Of a DNA stretch of 64,000 nucleotides, positions 48,133-61,500 are shown piece after piece. A model generated the notes under the pieces. That model was not told where the DNA came from. It ran no database searches and was given only the letters and a program-made list of their open reading frames with translations. Location: positions 168,993 to 232,992 of the forward strand of contig MU004234.1 in the NCBI GenBank assembly GCA_010405405.1, read 5' to 3'. The first letter of the stretch is position 1. Every line of letters begins with the position of its first letter. The DNA comes from Microthyrium microscopicum. Lineage: Eukaryota. The translations under genes were made by a program, and so were the position numbers.

Positions 48133-49578
48133 ATGGATCGCGCCAGCAATGCCGACATCTTGCGCGAGTATAACATCCAGCCAGATCAGTTAGCCATACT
48201 TAGTCGCAGCATCGATATTCCTTTCCAATCTACATATGACAACTTGACTGCTTCTTTCAAGGAACTCGGACTTACAACCTTTATTTCCGCATTTCAGATC
48301 CGAGCACTACTAGATCACCTCGAATCCAAGAAAGGTATCGTAGCTCTTTGAGTTTCTTCGTCAAGCTTGAAGCTAACAAATGATGTCTTCAAGAACATAA
48401 TGGAACACCCTCAGCTAGCGAGACATACACTTCCGTTGTCTTATCAGCCGAATACTACCTCGTATGTGCGAGCTACAAGGCTGAACCAGGCTGTACTGAT
48501 GGCATTCACTACAACCCATTTTTAGCCCACTGGGTTGCTTTTGTTGACCGATGTATGGAATTTGCATATACTACACCAGAAGAAAATAAGATACTGGGCC
48601 TACCTGATTGGTGGGTGAGGACTCATCGTGCGAGAATGTTGATTGCACTTAACGCCTTGCAAGAAACGGTAAGTTACCAAAGTCATACAGATGATAATCT
48701 GCTAAGAAGTTTTCAAGACTATGGGTCATGCAGACAGGCTGAGTCCTAGACAATTCGAGGAGGACGCTTCACACGAAAGCCTCAAGAATGTTGACCTCCA
48801 GTTTCTTGGACCTCTCATCAACATACTCGAGACCAATGGACTACGCGGAAACCCGAGCGAACTACTGGCTAAAGGCGAACATACCACTCCTCCGCAAAAC
48901 ACAGCAAAATCATCTACTACTGCACAGCCTACACTCGACACCAATGAAAAAACCAAGTCGACGACTTCTGATAACTCCGCTCACGACGGATCAAGCAACG
49001 TCATTGACTCATCGTTCCTCGAGTCCATAAACACAGCATCTTCCGGTACCTCCTTCGTTGCTGATTACGAAACCTACCTTCGCAACTCCCCCTCCGAGGC
49101 CCTTTACGACCTCATACGCCTACCACCAACTCTGCACAATCTTGACCTCGTCACGACCGTCATAACCAAGGCTTCCATGCGCAACATCCTCGCCGCCTTG
49201 GATTTCGATCCATCAAACATTGGCCGCGAATATCTCCAACAAGCACTGCTCGCTCTCGAAAAGTCTGTAGCAGCGAGCGGACTGGGCGGACCAGTGCAGG
49301 CGCCCGAGTCAGACGTGCCCTCGCCAACTGGACCGCAAATCATGTCCAAGGACGAAGTTGCGCGCTCAGCAACACTGTTGACCGTCTTTCTGCGTAATGT
49401 TCTGACGCGCGGTGCGTTGAGATACGAGGAGGTGGAGTTGGATATCAAGGAGCTGTGTGTGCGTTATATCTGGGTCGCAGAGGTTCGTGAGTTTAGCGCT
49501 TGGTTGGCGGAAGTCACTCAGGATGGACATGATGAGGATGGTGGACCACAAGGACAGAACCATGGACTTGGTGGATGA
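48133..49578 (+). CDS. CNOT11-like protein (DUF2363 C-terminal domain); multi-exon
   Basis: C-terminal LLTVFLRNVL...DIKELCVRYIWVAEVREF resembles the CNOT11 C-terminus. Exon boundaries approximate. Confidence 0.65.
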
Positions 49579-50004
49579 ATTCATTTACTGGCTCAGAAGA
49601 GTGAGTGAAACTGAGAAGTTGCGGCATTGATAGTGGCGTTGGCAGGCAGCCGTGCGAGGAGCGAAGGTTCCCTTGGACGGTTGCTTTTCAATTTGTGTTT
49701 TCTGTTTTATCATACTTTAGTTGTTGCATAGCATGGATATGGGATTAGAGCGTGGAGTTTTGGATTTTGGGATTACTCTATGATACTCCATTAGCATAGG
49801 TGGCATGCATTTTCCCATTATGATCGAAAAGTCTTCATAATCCCAATACTGTCTTCAAACTTTCCAACAACAAGAGTCACAGTGTTCTTGCAAGCAGGAG
49901 AAGTGAATCTCTATCGCGGGTTTTTTGTCCCTTATATTGCTATATTCTTGTGATACATGAGGGGAGTAATATACATTCCATATCTTCTCATCGTCTATCC
50001 ATCA

Positions 50005-51520
50005 TCACCGTACCACCGACTGAATACTCCCAGTCGAATGTTTTACCTGCGCGACAACACTCGGTCTCGATTGAACCTGGAGGCTTTTAAGCATCTGTAC
50101 AGTCCGCCGCGGAACACGCAGCCGGCTACCCAACAACAGCATCGTAGTAAGCAGCGCCAAAGCACCCGCCTGATGTGCGGCTGCCAGTGCCGTAGGAACC
50201 ATATATATCAGCGTACTGATCCCCAAAATTACTTGCAGGTTTGCCATATGGAAGACTCCCGTAAGACCTTTATTCGCAGCACTTGGTAACACTGCTCTCA
50301 GTTTACTTGAGAAGCGTGGTAGGAGGAATAGGCCGACGATAAGACTGTATGTGGTCGTTGCCATTATCCGATGGTCCAGTTGGACTAATGATGGATTTTC
50401 CAGCATGTTGCGCCACCACAGATCAGAGTGGTCTGACTGTTGGCTATACCGTGCATCGAATAGCTCGGCTTTGGGTGGTGTGAGGCCAAGTCCCATCCAT
50501 GGGAAATCGTTGTATATCATCCCAGCGTCTAAGCCTGCTACGAGCGCGCCGGACATGGCGGTCGTAAAGACCAGTGCGGTCAGAGCTGTGACTGCGAATC
50601 TTAACCGTCTCATGGGTGGTGAGCTCAACTTCTCTAGAAGTGAAAGAGCAGCTTTTGGATCTTTAAGCATCGCATGTTCGCGCAGAATAGACAAACCGCA
50701 TACAAGCATGGCAGAGTACGCTACAAACGCAGTCCCCAAATGCGCCGCGAGTCGATATTGTGATACACGTGGATGGGAGCCTGGTGCGAGTAGATCTTCT
50801 TTCAAGCCTGATTTCACCATCCACCAACCTATTAAGCCTTGGAAGCCGATCAGACCGCATATGCCAGTGAGTTTCCACGCCATATGTGTCGGCACGCGTC
50901 GTCGAGCGATGAAGTAGATGGTCGGTACCAGGAAGGTGATGCCAATAACGCGACCCCAGAGCCGATGCGTCCATTCCATCCAGTATATTTTCTTGAATTC
51001 TTCGAGATTCATGCGTGGGTTTAGGCGGATGTATTCGGGTGAAGCTCTGTATTTTGAGAATTCAAGCTCCCAGTCGGTTTGGTTGAATGGTGGGAGGGAA
51101 CCGGTTACGGGGCGCCATTCTGTTATACTGAGACTAGAAAATTGTTAACCAAAGTTTTGGCAGCTTTGTTGGGTCTACATACCCAGACTCGGTCAATCGC
51201 GTCAGACCCCCGAATATAACTATCCCAAAGACGCTCGCTGCGCTTCCCAGCAGCCAGTATGCAACGGACTTGCTACTCGTCTGCGTGTGTACTCGAGATT
51301 GGAAGGCATTTGCGCTGATCGCGGTCGCGGATATGGATGATAAGGGAGTTTGGACCGACGCATGACTGGTTTGTGATCTCGAGAAAACGAAGAAGGGTGT
51401 CTGTTGGGAGAAAGGTAGCGGTTTTGAAATCCGACTTGCGGCTTTGTTGGTGAAGAATGAGGGTGTGAGCCGTGGAGAGATTTGCCTCAATAAAGGTACG
51501 GTTCTTGAGAATCCAGCCAT
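50005..51520 (-). CDS. COX15: Heme A synthase Cox15; 2 exons
   Basis: Mitochondrial presequence-like N-terminus; GGLTRLTESG|LSITEW, EWTHRLWGR, GWWMVKSG, YRLAAHL and GALVAGLDAG motifs. Confidence 0.97.
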
Positions 51521-52588
51521 GGAGGCTTCTTAGCCAGCTAATTGACCGATCAATAGGCGGATATAGCGAAATATTGAGGTGTAGTTGCTTTACATGTGCT
51601 GATCTTGAGGCTCGTGGGCATCATACACATGCATAAAATTATAGCTTAGGAACGGGCCGAGCAGGCATTGCTATCGGCTTCAATCGGAGAATGGATTCGG
51701 AGGTTCGGAACCAACCTCAGATTTCTATGCAGCCCAGGCTCCAGCACATGCAGCTATCAAAAGTTGCTGCAGATTCTAGATTTCTTCCTTTACCTGCCTG
51801 CCTTATGAGCAATGATAGCGGCAATTGCTGGTTTGGCCATTGTCTCAAAGTCTCCACAGTCATGTCCATCTGCACAATCAATATGTACCTCCTCAGTCCA
51901 GGCGTCATAGAGCTGATATCTTGAATCTCGAAGTGAAGTAAGGACAACCGCGGATATGTACCTATTTCTTACATGTAAGCCGCCATGAAATATCCATTGG
52001 GCCAATCGAAGCAATTTACCACTTGATTTCAATATCTACATATGAATCCCAGCACTTTCCCCTGATGAACTTGAATTGGTACTCGTAAACAGCCAAGACA
52101 TCCTTTGGAAGTTTGGATCAAGCTGAACAACTCCGTAGCCCGTACAAGGCCAACGGCGCTGCTGCGCCATGTGCGTCCCGAATTCAACAGCCCAATCTCC
52201 CACGAGCGGCTTGACCTAATTTGGACTCTGCCCTGCGAGTCCAGCCACAAAAAAGACTGTTTTCACGCGTTTAGCCGAGTCGGCGCTGCTGGGACCCCGT
52301 AAATATCTGTGAGTCTTGTTGGAGAACGCCAAATCCTCCAGCCGCAGAATTAAAAGCTCCAGTTTGGCTGCAGTACAAGGCCATTCTAGATGCCGGTCAT
52401 GCACAGATAATTATCGTTGCTCGCGGGGTTCGCGATAACTATTCTTTTGATCCGTACGACCTGTTGGCCTTAACTTTCTGGCCTCTCCAATATGCCCAGT
52501 CTCTCAAGTTGACCTGTATCCCATCAGTAATGTCTTGATCCTGGCCCTAGTGAAGCTTTTGCTTGGTTTGCGTCTATCACCACACATC

Positions 52589-55121
52589 ATGGAGGAACGG
52601 ACTGAGCGACCTGCAAGCTCACTTTACACCTCGAGCACGACTTACACCGCTGCTGCTTTTCGAAATCCAGTGTATTCGCAAGAATCGGAACATGATCCAG
52701 TTTCTCCTGAACAATCGCCGCCACGCAATACTCCCAGAATAATCGAACCTGAGCAATTTTCACATCCACTTCGTCATAAACCGACTCCAATAGTTTCGAT
52801 AGGGGCAGAATATCAGCAACTGTCCCTCGGCGATCATCCGGAAGCAGATGATCATACTTTGCGCCCACAGCCTTTCTCTCACAACTCATTCTCCTCCATA
52901 CAGTCCAATGATCCCCTGCTCACACCTGGTTCACAAAGGTCCGGAGACTATCTTCTCTCTAATCCTCGCGAATCTGGAAGATTAAACGGGCCTCCTCTGC
53001 CACCTTATGGCCAAGATACACACTTGATTGAACCATGGGAAAGATGGCGATGGCTCAACTCATCGTGGACAATGTACGGGTTGCTCATAATCGGAATCGC
53101 TGGAGCAATATCACATCATGCGTTCTATGCGCATCTGGATAGACAACCAGTTTATAATCAGTTGATGCAATTGCGATATGGAGCAGCATTGGCATATGTC
53201 ACCAAGGCATCCCTGATGGCTGCTGTGGTGTTCGCATATCGACAGCAATTATGGGCGACATGTAGAAGAAAGAATCTACGGATGACGACCATCGATTCAT
53301 TATTTGCGGCGACCGAGGACCTTAGCGCTCTGGCTAATCTGGACTTGCCGCGAGTCGCAAAATCGGTTCTGGCTCTATCAATCATGGTCTGGCTGTTTCC
53401 ATTGACTGTCATTTTGACTCCAGCTACTCTTACTGTGGCGCCTTTGCAGGATACTAATCACACCATGTGTTCATCAGTCCGGACTTTGAACTTTGATATG
53501 GAGAAACCGAAGAATTGGAGATTACCTGTGAAAATCAACAACTACCCGCTAGTAGCACTTTCACTCTGGAATAGTACACTCAACAGTACCGGACAGATCA
53601 AAACACCGTTCAATGAGACTTTCCTCGACTACTATACTGCTCCAACCAGGCAGCTCGATTCAGCAAGTACATTAAGCGCCTTACTGAAGAAAGTCGTACC
53701 CAGAGAGAACGCCTCGGTTGAAACCTGTGGAGCTGGCTGGAACTGTACATATACCATCTCATTCATTGCGCCCGGCTACAAATGCGAGCAAATTGCCGAA
53801 GGTAGAAACGATAACACGGATAAGCTAGCAGATATGAATGCGCCCTTCAACACCAACGACCTGATACCGGATGGGAATTGCAGTTACATTGCGCAATCTT
53901 TCCTAGGAGAGTATTCCAATATTCAAATTGACGCTGTCCCTGGTGGAGCTCCCAAAGTTGTTGGTCCATTGCCAAAGAATCTTGGTACTTTCAGGACTGA
54001 ACCGGTTCTCTGGGTTGGTCATTCAGATCGCATTGACCCGAATACTCCACTTCCTTCGTCGAGTGCGGATCCTGCGTGGAATTCTTCATATATGCCCAAG
54101 GTGAGTGGAACTTGAGGAATTCCTCTGAACCTTAAGCTAATGAGAGAACCAGATATTCCGCTGTGAGCATTATGTAACGAATTACACCGTGCGATTTAAC
54201 CACACTCTCGCCAGTCAAGGAACGACAATCGTCAATAAAACCTATCTATATCCCATTATTAACACCACCTACGTTCCCAATCAAGACGCCAACGACGGTA
54301 CGAAAGACAATACAACAGCCACACCCGAATCAAACTACATCTACCCACTAGACACGGAACGCTACCGCCTCACCGCCGCATACCACTCCGTAGGCCTCGT
54401 ATTCCGCGAATACATGAACGGCACAATGTCATACAATGGTGGCGCCGTAGCCAACACAGACGCCCTCAAAACCCGCCTCATCAATCCCACAAATTACCTA
54501 GTAATCGACAACTACATCACCGAGTTGCAAAAGTTCTACGAAGACATCATCCTCTCCCTCTTCTCCTACCCGCAATTCCTCATCGTCACTTGGGCTGGCG
54601 CACCGAACACCTCCTCCGGCATCGCCAACGCTACCGATCCGAAACTGCTCTGGCCATGCACAAAAACACGCATCACAAACAAGTTCGTGTACCGCGCGCG
54701 CGACCTCTGGATAACCTACAGTCTCGCCATCCTCTGCGCAACCGTCGGCGTCGCTTTCGGCGCAGCCGCCCTCGCGCAAAACAACCACCATGTACGCAGC
54801 ACGCGCTTCTCCAGCATAGTAGCAGCGACTCGCGCGCCAGTGCTGGAGGATTTGCCATGGAAGCATAGCAAATGGGGTGAGGTCCCGTTGAGTGTGTATG
54901 ATGCGACGTTGGGCTATGGTTTGGTAGTCGATGAGAGCCCAAGGGCCAGTCCGATGGGCGAATCACCGCCAATGGAGCAGGGTGAGGGACGACCACCGCA
55001 GACGCCGGGAGGCCGAGAGTATTGGGGCTTTGCACCGGTGGAACGGTTGACGCAGGGGACGGAGTTGAGGGGACAGAATTATCGGGCGAGGGGAAGTGTT
55101 TTGTCGTTCAAGACGTATTGA
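52589..55121 (+). CDS. Fungal-specific multi-pass membrane glycoprotein of unknown function; 2 exons
   Basis: HHAFYAHLD, AYRQQLW and IDSLF motifs; several TM helices; many N-x-S/T sites; C-terminal TM then FSSIVAATR. Intron at about 54101-54151. Confidence 0.8.
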
Positions 55122-55239
55122 TTTTCTTTTTGGAAGTATAGCGGAGCATAGCGTGGCGCTGGTTTGCTTTAGCTGGAAGTCTAATTCTTGTACATGGCCA
55201 TCTAACATAGTAATAGTTAAAGCTCTTATTCATGGCTAG

Positions 55240-57292
55240 CTCCAGATCATTCATCTTCAAGGGCATCAAAAAAGGAGTCAACACTGTGCTGCGAACCAGG
55301 ACCGTATACAGTCACCCTCTTCCATCCATCTTCTTCAAGTGTTACTTGGCTTTCAGGGGCTCAGAATCCGAGAGGAGTTTACAAAATGATTTCATAATGA
55401 TTCTCTCATGAACAGATACCTAGGACTTCCACTTCTCCGGTAATCCGATCTGTATATTGGTCCTTCAATTACAAACTCGAGCCGTAAGACGTCAAGGTTG
55501 CAGTGTTTTGTATTATCTGAGCGATTTTGAAAAGTGCTTCCACAAGGGGCCTGTCCGGATTGTCCATTTCTTCAAAAGGGTCGTCTAAGTAGATGCGAAG
55601 GTCTCTGATCATATGTAGTCGATTTTTGTCCATTCGTTTGAGCCTCTCACATTTTTCCAGAAGTTCGACAGGAAATCCTTCCATTTGAAATCGATTTCGA
55701 GTGTAGAAGACTTCAAGAGCTTGTGCTCTTGAAGCCTTGTTGACTAAGAAGAGCGACGAGTTGCCTAGAGGACTACATGTGCAGCTGCTGGAATATAGAA
55801 TTGAGAATTTCTCGCAGAAGCAAAAAGTTCGATTGTCGTGAGATTTGACACGATTTGAGCCGGCGCAGTGTACGCGGCATACACCGTCATCTAAACCACC
55901 TTCGATGCAACCATCCGTACTGATTCTCGAGTCACATAGGAGATCAGCATGTGATAGGACCATCAGTTGGAGTTCTTCTGGCAGTTGCATGAATGGAAAG
56001 GGAACTCGCGCGCCGTCTTGAGGACGCACCAGCATCTTGTAGGCGCACATCTGAAGATCTTGGTATTCCTTTGATCGATACCAGGTTTCTAAATTTGGGC
56101 AATTAATCCTTCTTGGTTGAGATGTTTCATATCATCACCCAAGTATTTCTTTGCCCAAGCAAGGAAATCAGGGTCGTATTCAAGCAGCTTCTGACTAGTA
56201 CCTTTCTGTGCCTTCTCGCGTGCACAATACAAACGCATCTGCGTTATAGGAGCAGCACTGCGAGTAGAAAAGGGTGTAACCGATTCCCGCTGCTGAAAGC
56301 TGAACGGGTTATACGATTTTGCAAGAAGCCAAAGAATGAAGTTACATGCTGCGTCAAGTCGCAACGCATTTGCCTGGAATGCCGTTGGATGCTCAAAGTA
56401 CGAGGCAGAAGGATGAGGAGAATATAAGATGACGTGCTTTAAATTCTCACCATTAAACAAAAGATCGAAATCTAGCTCCAATCCTGTCGATGGACAGAAA
56501 GGAACAGAGAGACTGAGCAATCGTATGCCATGAAAAGGTTTCATAGTGATCCGCAGACTTTCTCGAGGACAAGTACCACCGATGAGAACAAAGGGAGCAG
56601 GGAGAACATTTAAAAGATAGCAAGAGAAGCCATCATTTAAGTCTTTTAGCGCTCCCGGCCAACTTGTTGCATGACACTTTCCACGACCAATGCACGACCT
56701 CTCTCCTCGCCAGTGCCAATCGTAACCAAAGAAGAAATCCGGGTGGAGCCCTTTCTTATTATTCAAAGCTTTTATCGTAAAAGAGGTTTCGTCCCAAAAA
56801 GGCGAGGGTTGATGGGTAGTACCTTGCGCGTCGCCTGTCTGACAGTGTAGAATGAGGACCAATTCCGCGTCCTCTCGTCCCGATGGGAGACAAATCCGCT
56901 CAATGAGGGTCTCCGGCCAAGCAAAGCACTCCTCGTTCTCATATGACTGACGAACTATGTCCTTCTCTGTTTGGTAGAACTGAGAAACCTTGTCTTGGAC
57001 GAAAGTACCGCCTCCGGTTTGCGGATCAGTGCCCTGTTTGAGGGTATGATGTTGTAGGAAAAACTTTAAGCAACCGTAGTCCCGTTTATTTAATGTGCTA
57101 GCCGCTGTGGTTGCAAAGCATGAAGCGATGTGCTCGCCTAGATAACTCTTACTGTGAGTGGCTGTTTTCGGAGATGTTTGACCGATGGATGTGTGTGCTT
57201 CCCGATAGCCTGTGAGGGCATCCAAAACACGATGTTAGAGTAGCCTTCCGGTGATCTGTCAGGGCATCCAAAAAACGAGAGGGAATCCTCAT
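55240..57292 (-). pseudogene. Frameshifted gene remnant: unknown N-terminal domain followed by an F-box-like/Cys-rich region
   Basis: ATG at 57292 is out of frame with the 56089-57225 ORF. That ORF is out of frame with the 55469-56050 ORF (FPFMQLPEELQLMVL, F-box-like). Protein-like sequence continues in other frames past 55469. Lower boundary approximate. Confidence 0.5.
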
Positions 57293-57490
57293 CGGAGGGG
57301 TGAGTAGTCTTTCAGTAGGGGAAATGCGGGGAAATAAAAATTGATGCCGTTACCTAGAACGGCTATAGTCATAGACGAAGGGACTAAGATTACTACGTAT
57401 CAATAGTATTTCGTAGGAGAAGCACGAGACTATCTAATTTAACAAAATAAGGTAATATTCCTGTTCTTTTTGGAAAGAAAAAAAAGGCCT

Positions 57491-57497
57491 AAAAAAA
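57491..57497 (-). terminator. RNA polymerase III terminator (T7 run) for the tRNA-Cys gene
   Basis: A7 on the + strand, 11 nt past the tRNA 3' end; a second A-run lies at 57478-57485. Confidence 0.75.
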
Positions 57498-57508
57498 GGA
57501 GAACAAGT

Positions 57509-57640
57509 AGGAACAAATGTGGATTGAACACATGACCTCAGGATATTCATCGCTGCAATCCCGCGCTCTGCTGTTGGTGCCAGTCAGCAATTGGACATCT
57601 AGCGTGACGACAAATGACTTACCCACTGAGCTACTGTTCC
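57509..57640 (-). tRNA. tRNA-Cys(GCA) with an 8-nt canonical intron (57545-57552) and a 52-nt spliceosomal-type intron in the D-loop (57571-57622)
   Basis: Joined sequence GGAACAG TA GCTC AGTGG|CA GAGC G CGGGA TTGCAG|A TCCTG AGGTC ATGTG TTCAATC CACAT TTGTTCC T. All four stems pair, length 72 nt, discriminator U. Confidence 0.88.
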
Positions 57641-58543
57641 GCAAGATGAATGCTCAATTCAAGCATTTCGTATTATAGCTACGACATACCATCGAAGCAA
57701 ACATGAAACAAACAGTTACTAGACAGTATAAACTAGGACCTAAACAAATAACAGGGTTGAGCATGAGCAGTCTAAAATACTGAAATTTTAATTATAAGTA
57801 GAGTTAATTGCGGCCGAGTAGAGGATAAGTACTACTATTATTTTATCTTTAATATCTACACTTCGAACTTTTCTTGCGCGCAACGCTCGAAATAACGCAA
57901 AACCTATTTAGTAAACCTTTCTACTTATAATCCTTAATAAGAGTATATATATATTGAAGGTTATATTTATATCGCCCTCTTCATATTGCTTAGGGATGAG
58001 ATCAGGCATGATTAGGAGAAGCTCGGGCTTTAATCAGTTGGATTGATCACACTGGCTCAGCCACAGCTCACATTGCTTACTCACTGCTCGCGTTACACTC
58101 CTGCGTAATTCACGTCTCGAAACAGAAATGGCATTTGTGTGGAGGCACTTTGTCCCCATATATCTATCGCTATTTTGTGAAGCAATATTCTCATGAGCTC
58201 ATCGAGCCTTTCATTTCAATATATGGTCATGGGTCCGACGCGACCGAAGACAGAAAACAAAGGGCCAGTTACTGTAAACAAATACTTTTAGCATCATTAG
58301 CCATCTTTGGGCTATCTACTGAATGCGGCTACTATGGTGGTCACTTAGGTAGGCTGGAGGAGTTGTTACAATATATTACATTTTCTTTTGTGTTTTCTGT
58401 GTATTAAGCATTCGAACTTTTCCAGGGCCTCAGAGATATAATGTACAGTCAAATGCCCTGGTTAACCACACCCATTGCCACCTTACTTTTCATGCGAATT
58501 TGCCTCAAATTCGTCTTCCTGTTATACATATCCCTCGCAGCCT

Positions 58544-61500
58544 TCATTCTTCGGAATCAGACGACTCGGACTCGGTTTCATCAGAATCGACTTCCTCCGA
58601 ATCAGTTTCTTCGCCCTCGTTGCTTATATCCTCTTCTCCAGGGCAAGCTTCGTTGTCATCGTACATGTATTCCTCGTATTCCTCAAATTCCATATCATAC
58701 AAATCATCAAACTCTTCGACAACCTGAGCAGGGCGGTGGGAGATGAATGCCTTCGGCCGGCAGTGCTCGATCTCTGCGAAGAATGGATGATTCTCCGTCA
58801 AGACCTTCCCATCGCATATGTATCCCATTGGAGTGTGCGTGAAGTCCTGGCACTTTCGTCGAGTCGCAAGCCACTCCTTGATGAACGTCAATGGTTTCGC
58901 AGTGAAAGTCTCAATGGCCTTTTGGAAAGTAACGGTTTTCGTCTCGGTGGTTTGCGGCGGTATTCCTAAATATTGGCAGATACTCGAATATTCATCGAAG
59001 GCAAAGTAGAGACGGCCGCTGAAAATCCCAAGTTCAACCTTAAGCCAGGTAGGGGCCGACCACTGAGCTGGTAAAGCCGGAATGCCGCAGAAAGACAAGT
59101 CGTTGAATGGAAGCATCTTCTTCGAAAATGGCGCAGCGTGAACGAGAAGATGCACATGTGGACAAGTCGATTTGCTTGTGACTCCCCGTACTAGTCTGTT
59201 TGCTTCTTCAGGAACCACGACGAGAGCTATATTGGTTTTGACGTTGATCAATATCCAGTTCACTGGTCGCTATAATACCAAATTAGTACCTGAGATCAAA
59301 GATTGTTGCGGGAACAGATCAATACGTAAGAAAATCAGATTTGTGGAAACCAGTGGGCTTGATATGAGGGAGAGATGTGTCAAAGACTTACCAGGAAATT
59401 GTCGTTTGGTTGTTCCAACTCAACTGTGCGGAGGTACTGCCAGGAGACAAAAAGTTTAGACTTTGCGAAGCCGAGATTAATGCCCATTGTCTGACCAAGT
59501 GCTGTGGAGCTAATGACCTTGAGAAACGGGATGATTGCTTCGGATCCTTCATTTAGTACGCCCGTGTTCACGAACATAGCAATGTCGCGGTGTAGGCCAG
59601 GATACTTCAGTGGGGCGTATCTTATTGGAATTTGCATTTGTCGTTCAATCTCCACCTCATATGTGACCTCTCTCTCTTGCTCAACTTCTTGTAAGACGGA
59701 TTCATGAATGGTTTGACCAAAGTCCTGGAAATCGTTCTGCAGGTCTATCAATTTAGCAGCAAAGGTCCCAATCTTGGACGTGGAAGGTTTGAGCTGCGCA
59801 GACTTATTGGCTTTTGGTCTAGGATCGTACAGACTATCAATTGTCTGGTGTTCCTGTTGGCGTAGGGCATCTAAATAGGCAGTTCGGTCGGCTACTTCTG
59901 TTAAAAAGGCTGGATGATCAAAAGATGTTTGAGCGCGATGACAAAAGTCAACACCTTGCGAATGCCACAATGGCTGAAGCTGCTCTAAACTATGACAGGT
60001 TTGCTGCAGGAGCCAGCAAACTACGTCATGGGAATCAAGAGAGGATGTGGGTTCCTTGCGTTGTTGGTCAAGAATGCTTTGATGGACATCTGGTGTCGCA
60101 AACCACACCACAGCTTGGGTTGTCGCGAGCTGTCGCATTCTCATTGCCGCTAAGACATGTCAGTTCAGGGCTGAGCTCCAAATTCAGTGCAGTGGACTTA
60201 CCTTGCACAGTATGATCTTTCGTCTGACCAAAGCCTAAAGTAATGGCAGCCCGGGCTTGGGCTGGCAGCTTCAAATCTGTGCCTCTAGTGTGAGCCTCGT
60301 CGATGTAGACTAAACAGCCGTCAAGATTATCGGCAAATGGACTGGCAGATAAAGTGGTCTGCTTGTGATTCCGGTAGAGAATCATTGGTTTGTTCTCATT
60401 GAAAAAGAGAGCCGCTTTGGCGTCCTTGTCGACCTGGAGCCAGGCCTTAGCCAGGTCAACATTGCTCATTTCGAGTATATGAGCGCCGGAATCCAGAAGG
60501 ATTCGAAGTCCTTTGCCTTGCAGCCAGTCCAGGAATTGCTTTTCTGATATCCGACGACCATCGCTGTCAGCTGCCACATGGTACTCGCGATTTCGTTTCT
60601 GCAAAAGATAAGTGAGAACCTCTGCGTTGGTATGCGCCAAAGTTTTCAAATCTTCTTGTCTGATTGTCAGAGGGAGTAGATTGCGACTATCGTTGGTACC
60701 ACTGAAACCTGTCGTTAGTAACCTATTGGACTGGTTGCCAGCGTCCTGGCCAGCAGAGATCAAAGGAATATCCCATCCTGACGCCTGCAACTTGACTTCG
60801 AACTGCTTAGCGTGGCGAGGAAAAACGAGATTGTTGAGGAAGTAATTAATAACAACAACGTTATGAGCCAGATGTTTTAAAAGATCGTTCAGCTGGAGGT
60901 CGTCGTCGGCATTGATCAGAGTGATGTCCGACAAGCATTCTGGAAGTGTGGCCGCATTTTGAATCCATTGATTATACTGCGCTGGCGGGTCATCGCATTT
61001 TCCCAGGTGGTGTAGGGCTTGCTGAAGATGATTGATTCCTAACCCACCTAGATAGAAAGACAGGCAGGTCAGGAGAATGGCAACGTCACAATGACCCCAC
61101 TCCGAATGATCACTGAGAAGAATTAGCATCAGAAGATGTAAAGATTGAGGCATCTTACCTTGGTACACCTTTGGCCAAAAATGGTACTGCAATCGGATCG
61201 CGTTGTGGGTGGAGACCATATTGTACGTTCCATCGTTTCTTCAAGGACATGAGAAGGATTTTGTGGGCAAGCAGTCCACGTAGGAGATAAAGGTTTTTTT
61301 TAGCTGGCAGATATTCCTGGAAAACCGACATTTCTTCAATCAACCGAAGCGCACTCGGATTGACCATCGGATTTGTCAAGAACTGGTCTATTGCAGCAAG
61401 TTCTTTTTCTGTGCAGTCTGCAATCGGCAAAGTGGAGGTTCCACCCGAGATAACACTCTTAACAATCCGAGACATCAGAGCTTCTTCGACATCGGCTCGC

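Noticed and set aside
57571..57622. tRNA D-loop insert as an archaeal-type bulge-helix-bulge intron or a random insertion
   Set aside because: No BHB pairing or target-site duplication seen. Donor, branch and acceptor consensus fall exactly at the boundaries that restore the D-arm.
58135..58407. 90-aa plus-strand ORF between the tRNA and the DUF3638 gene
   Set aside because: Non-ATG start, no recognisable motif; likely intergenic.
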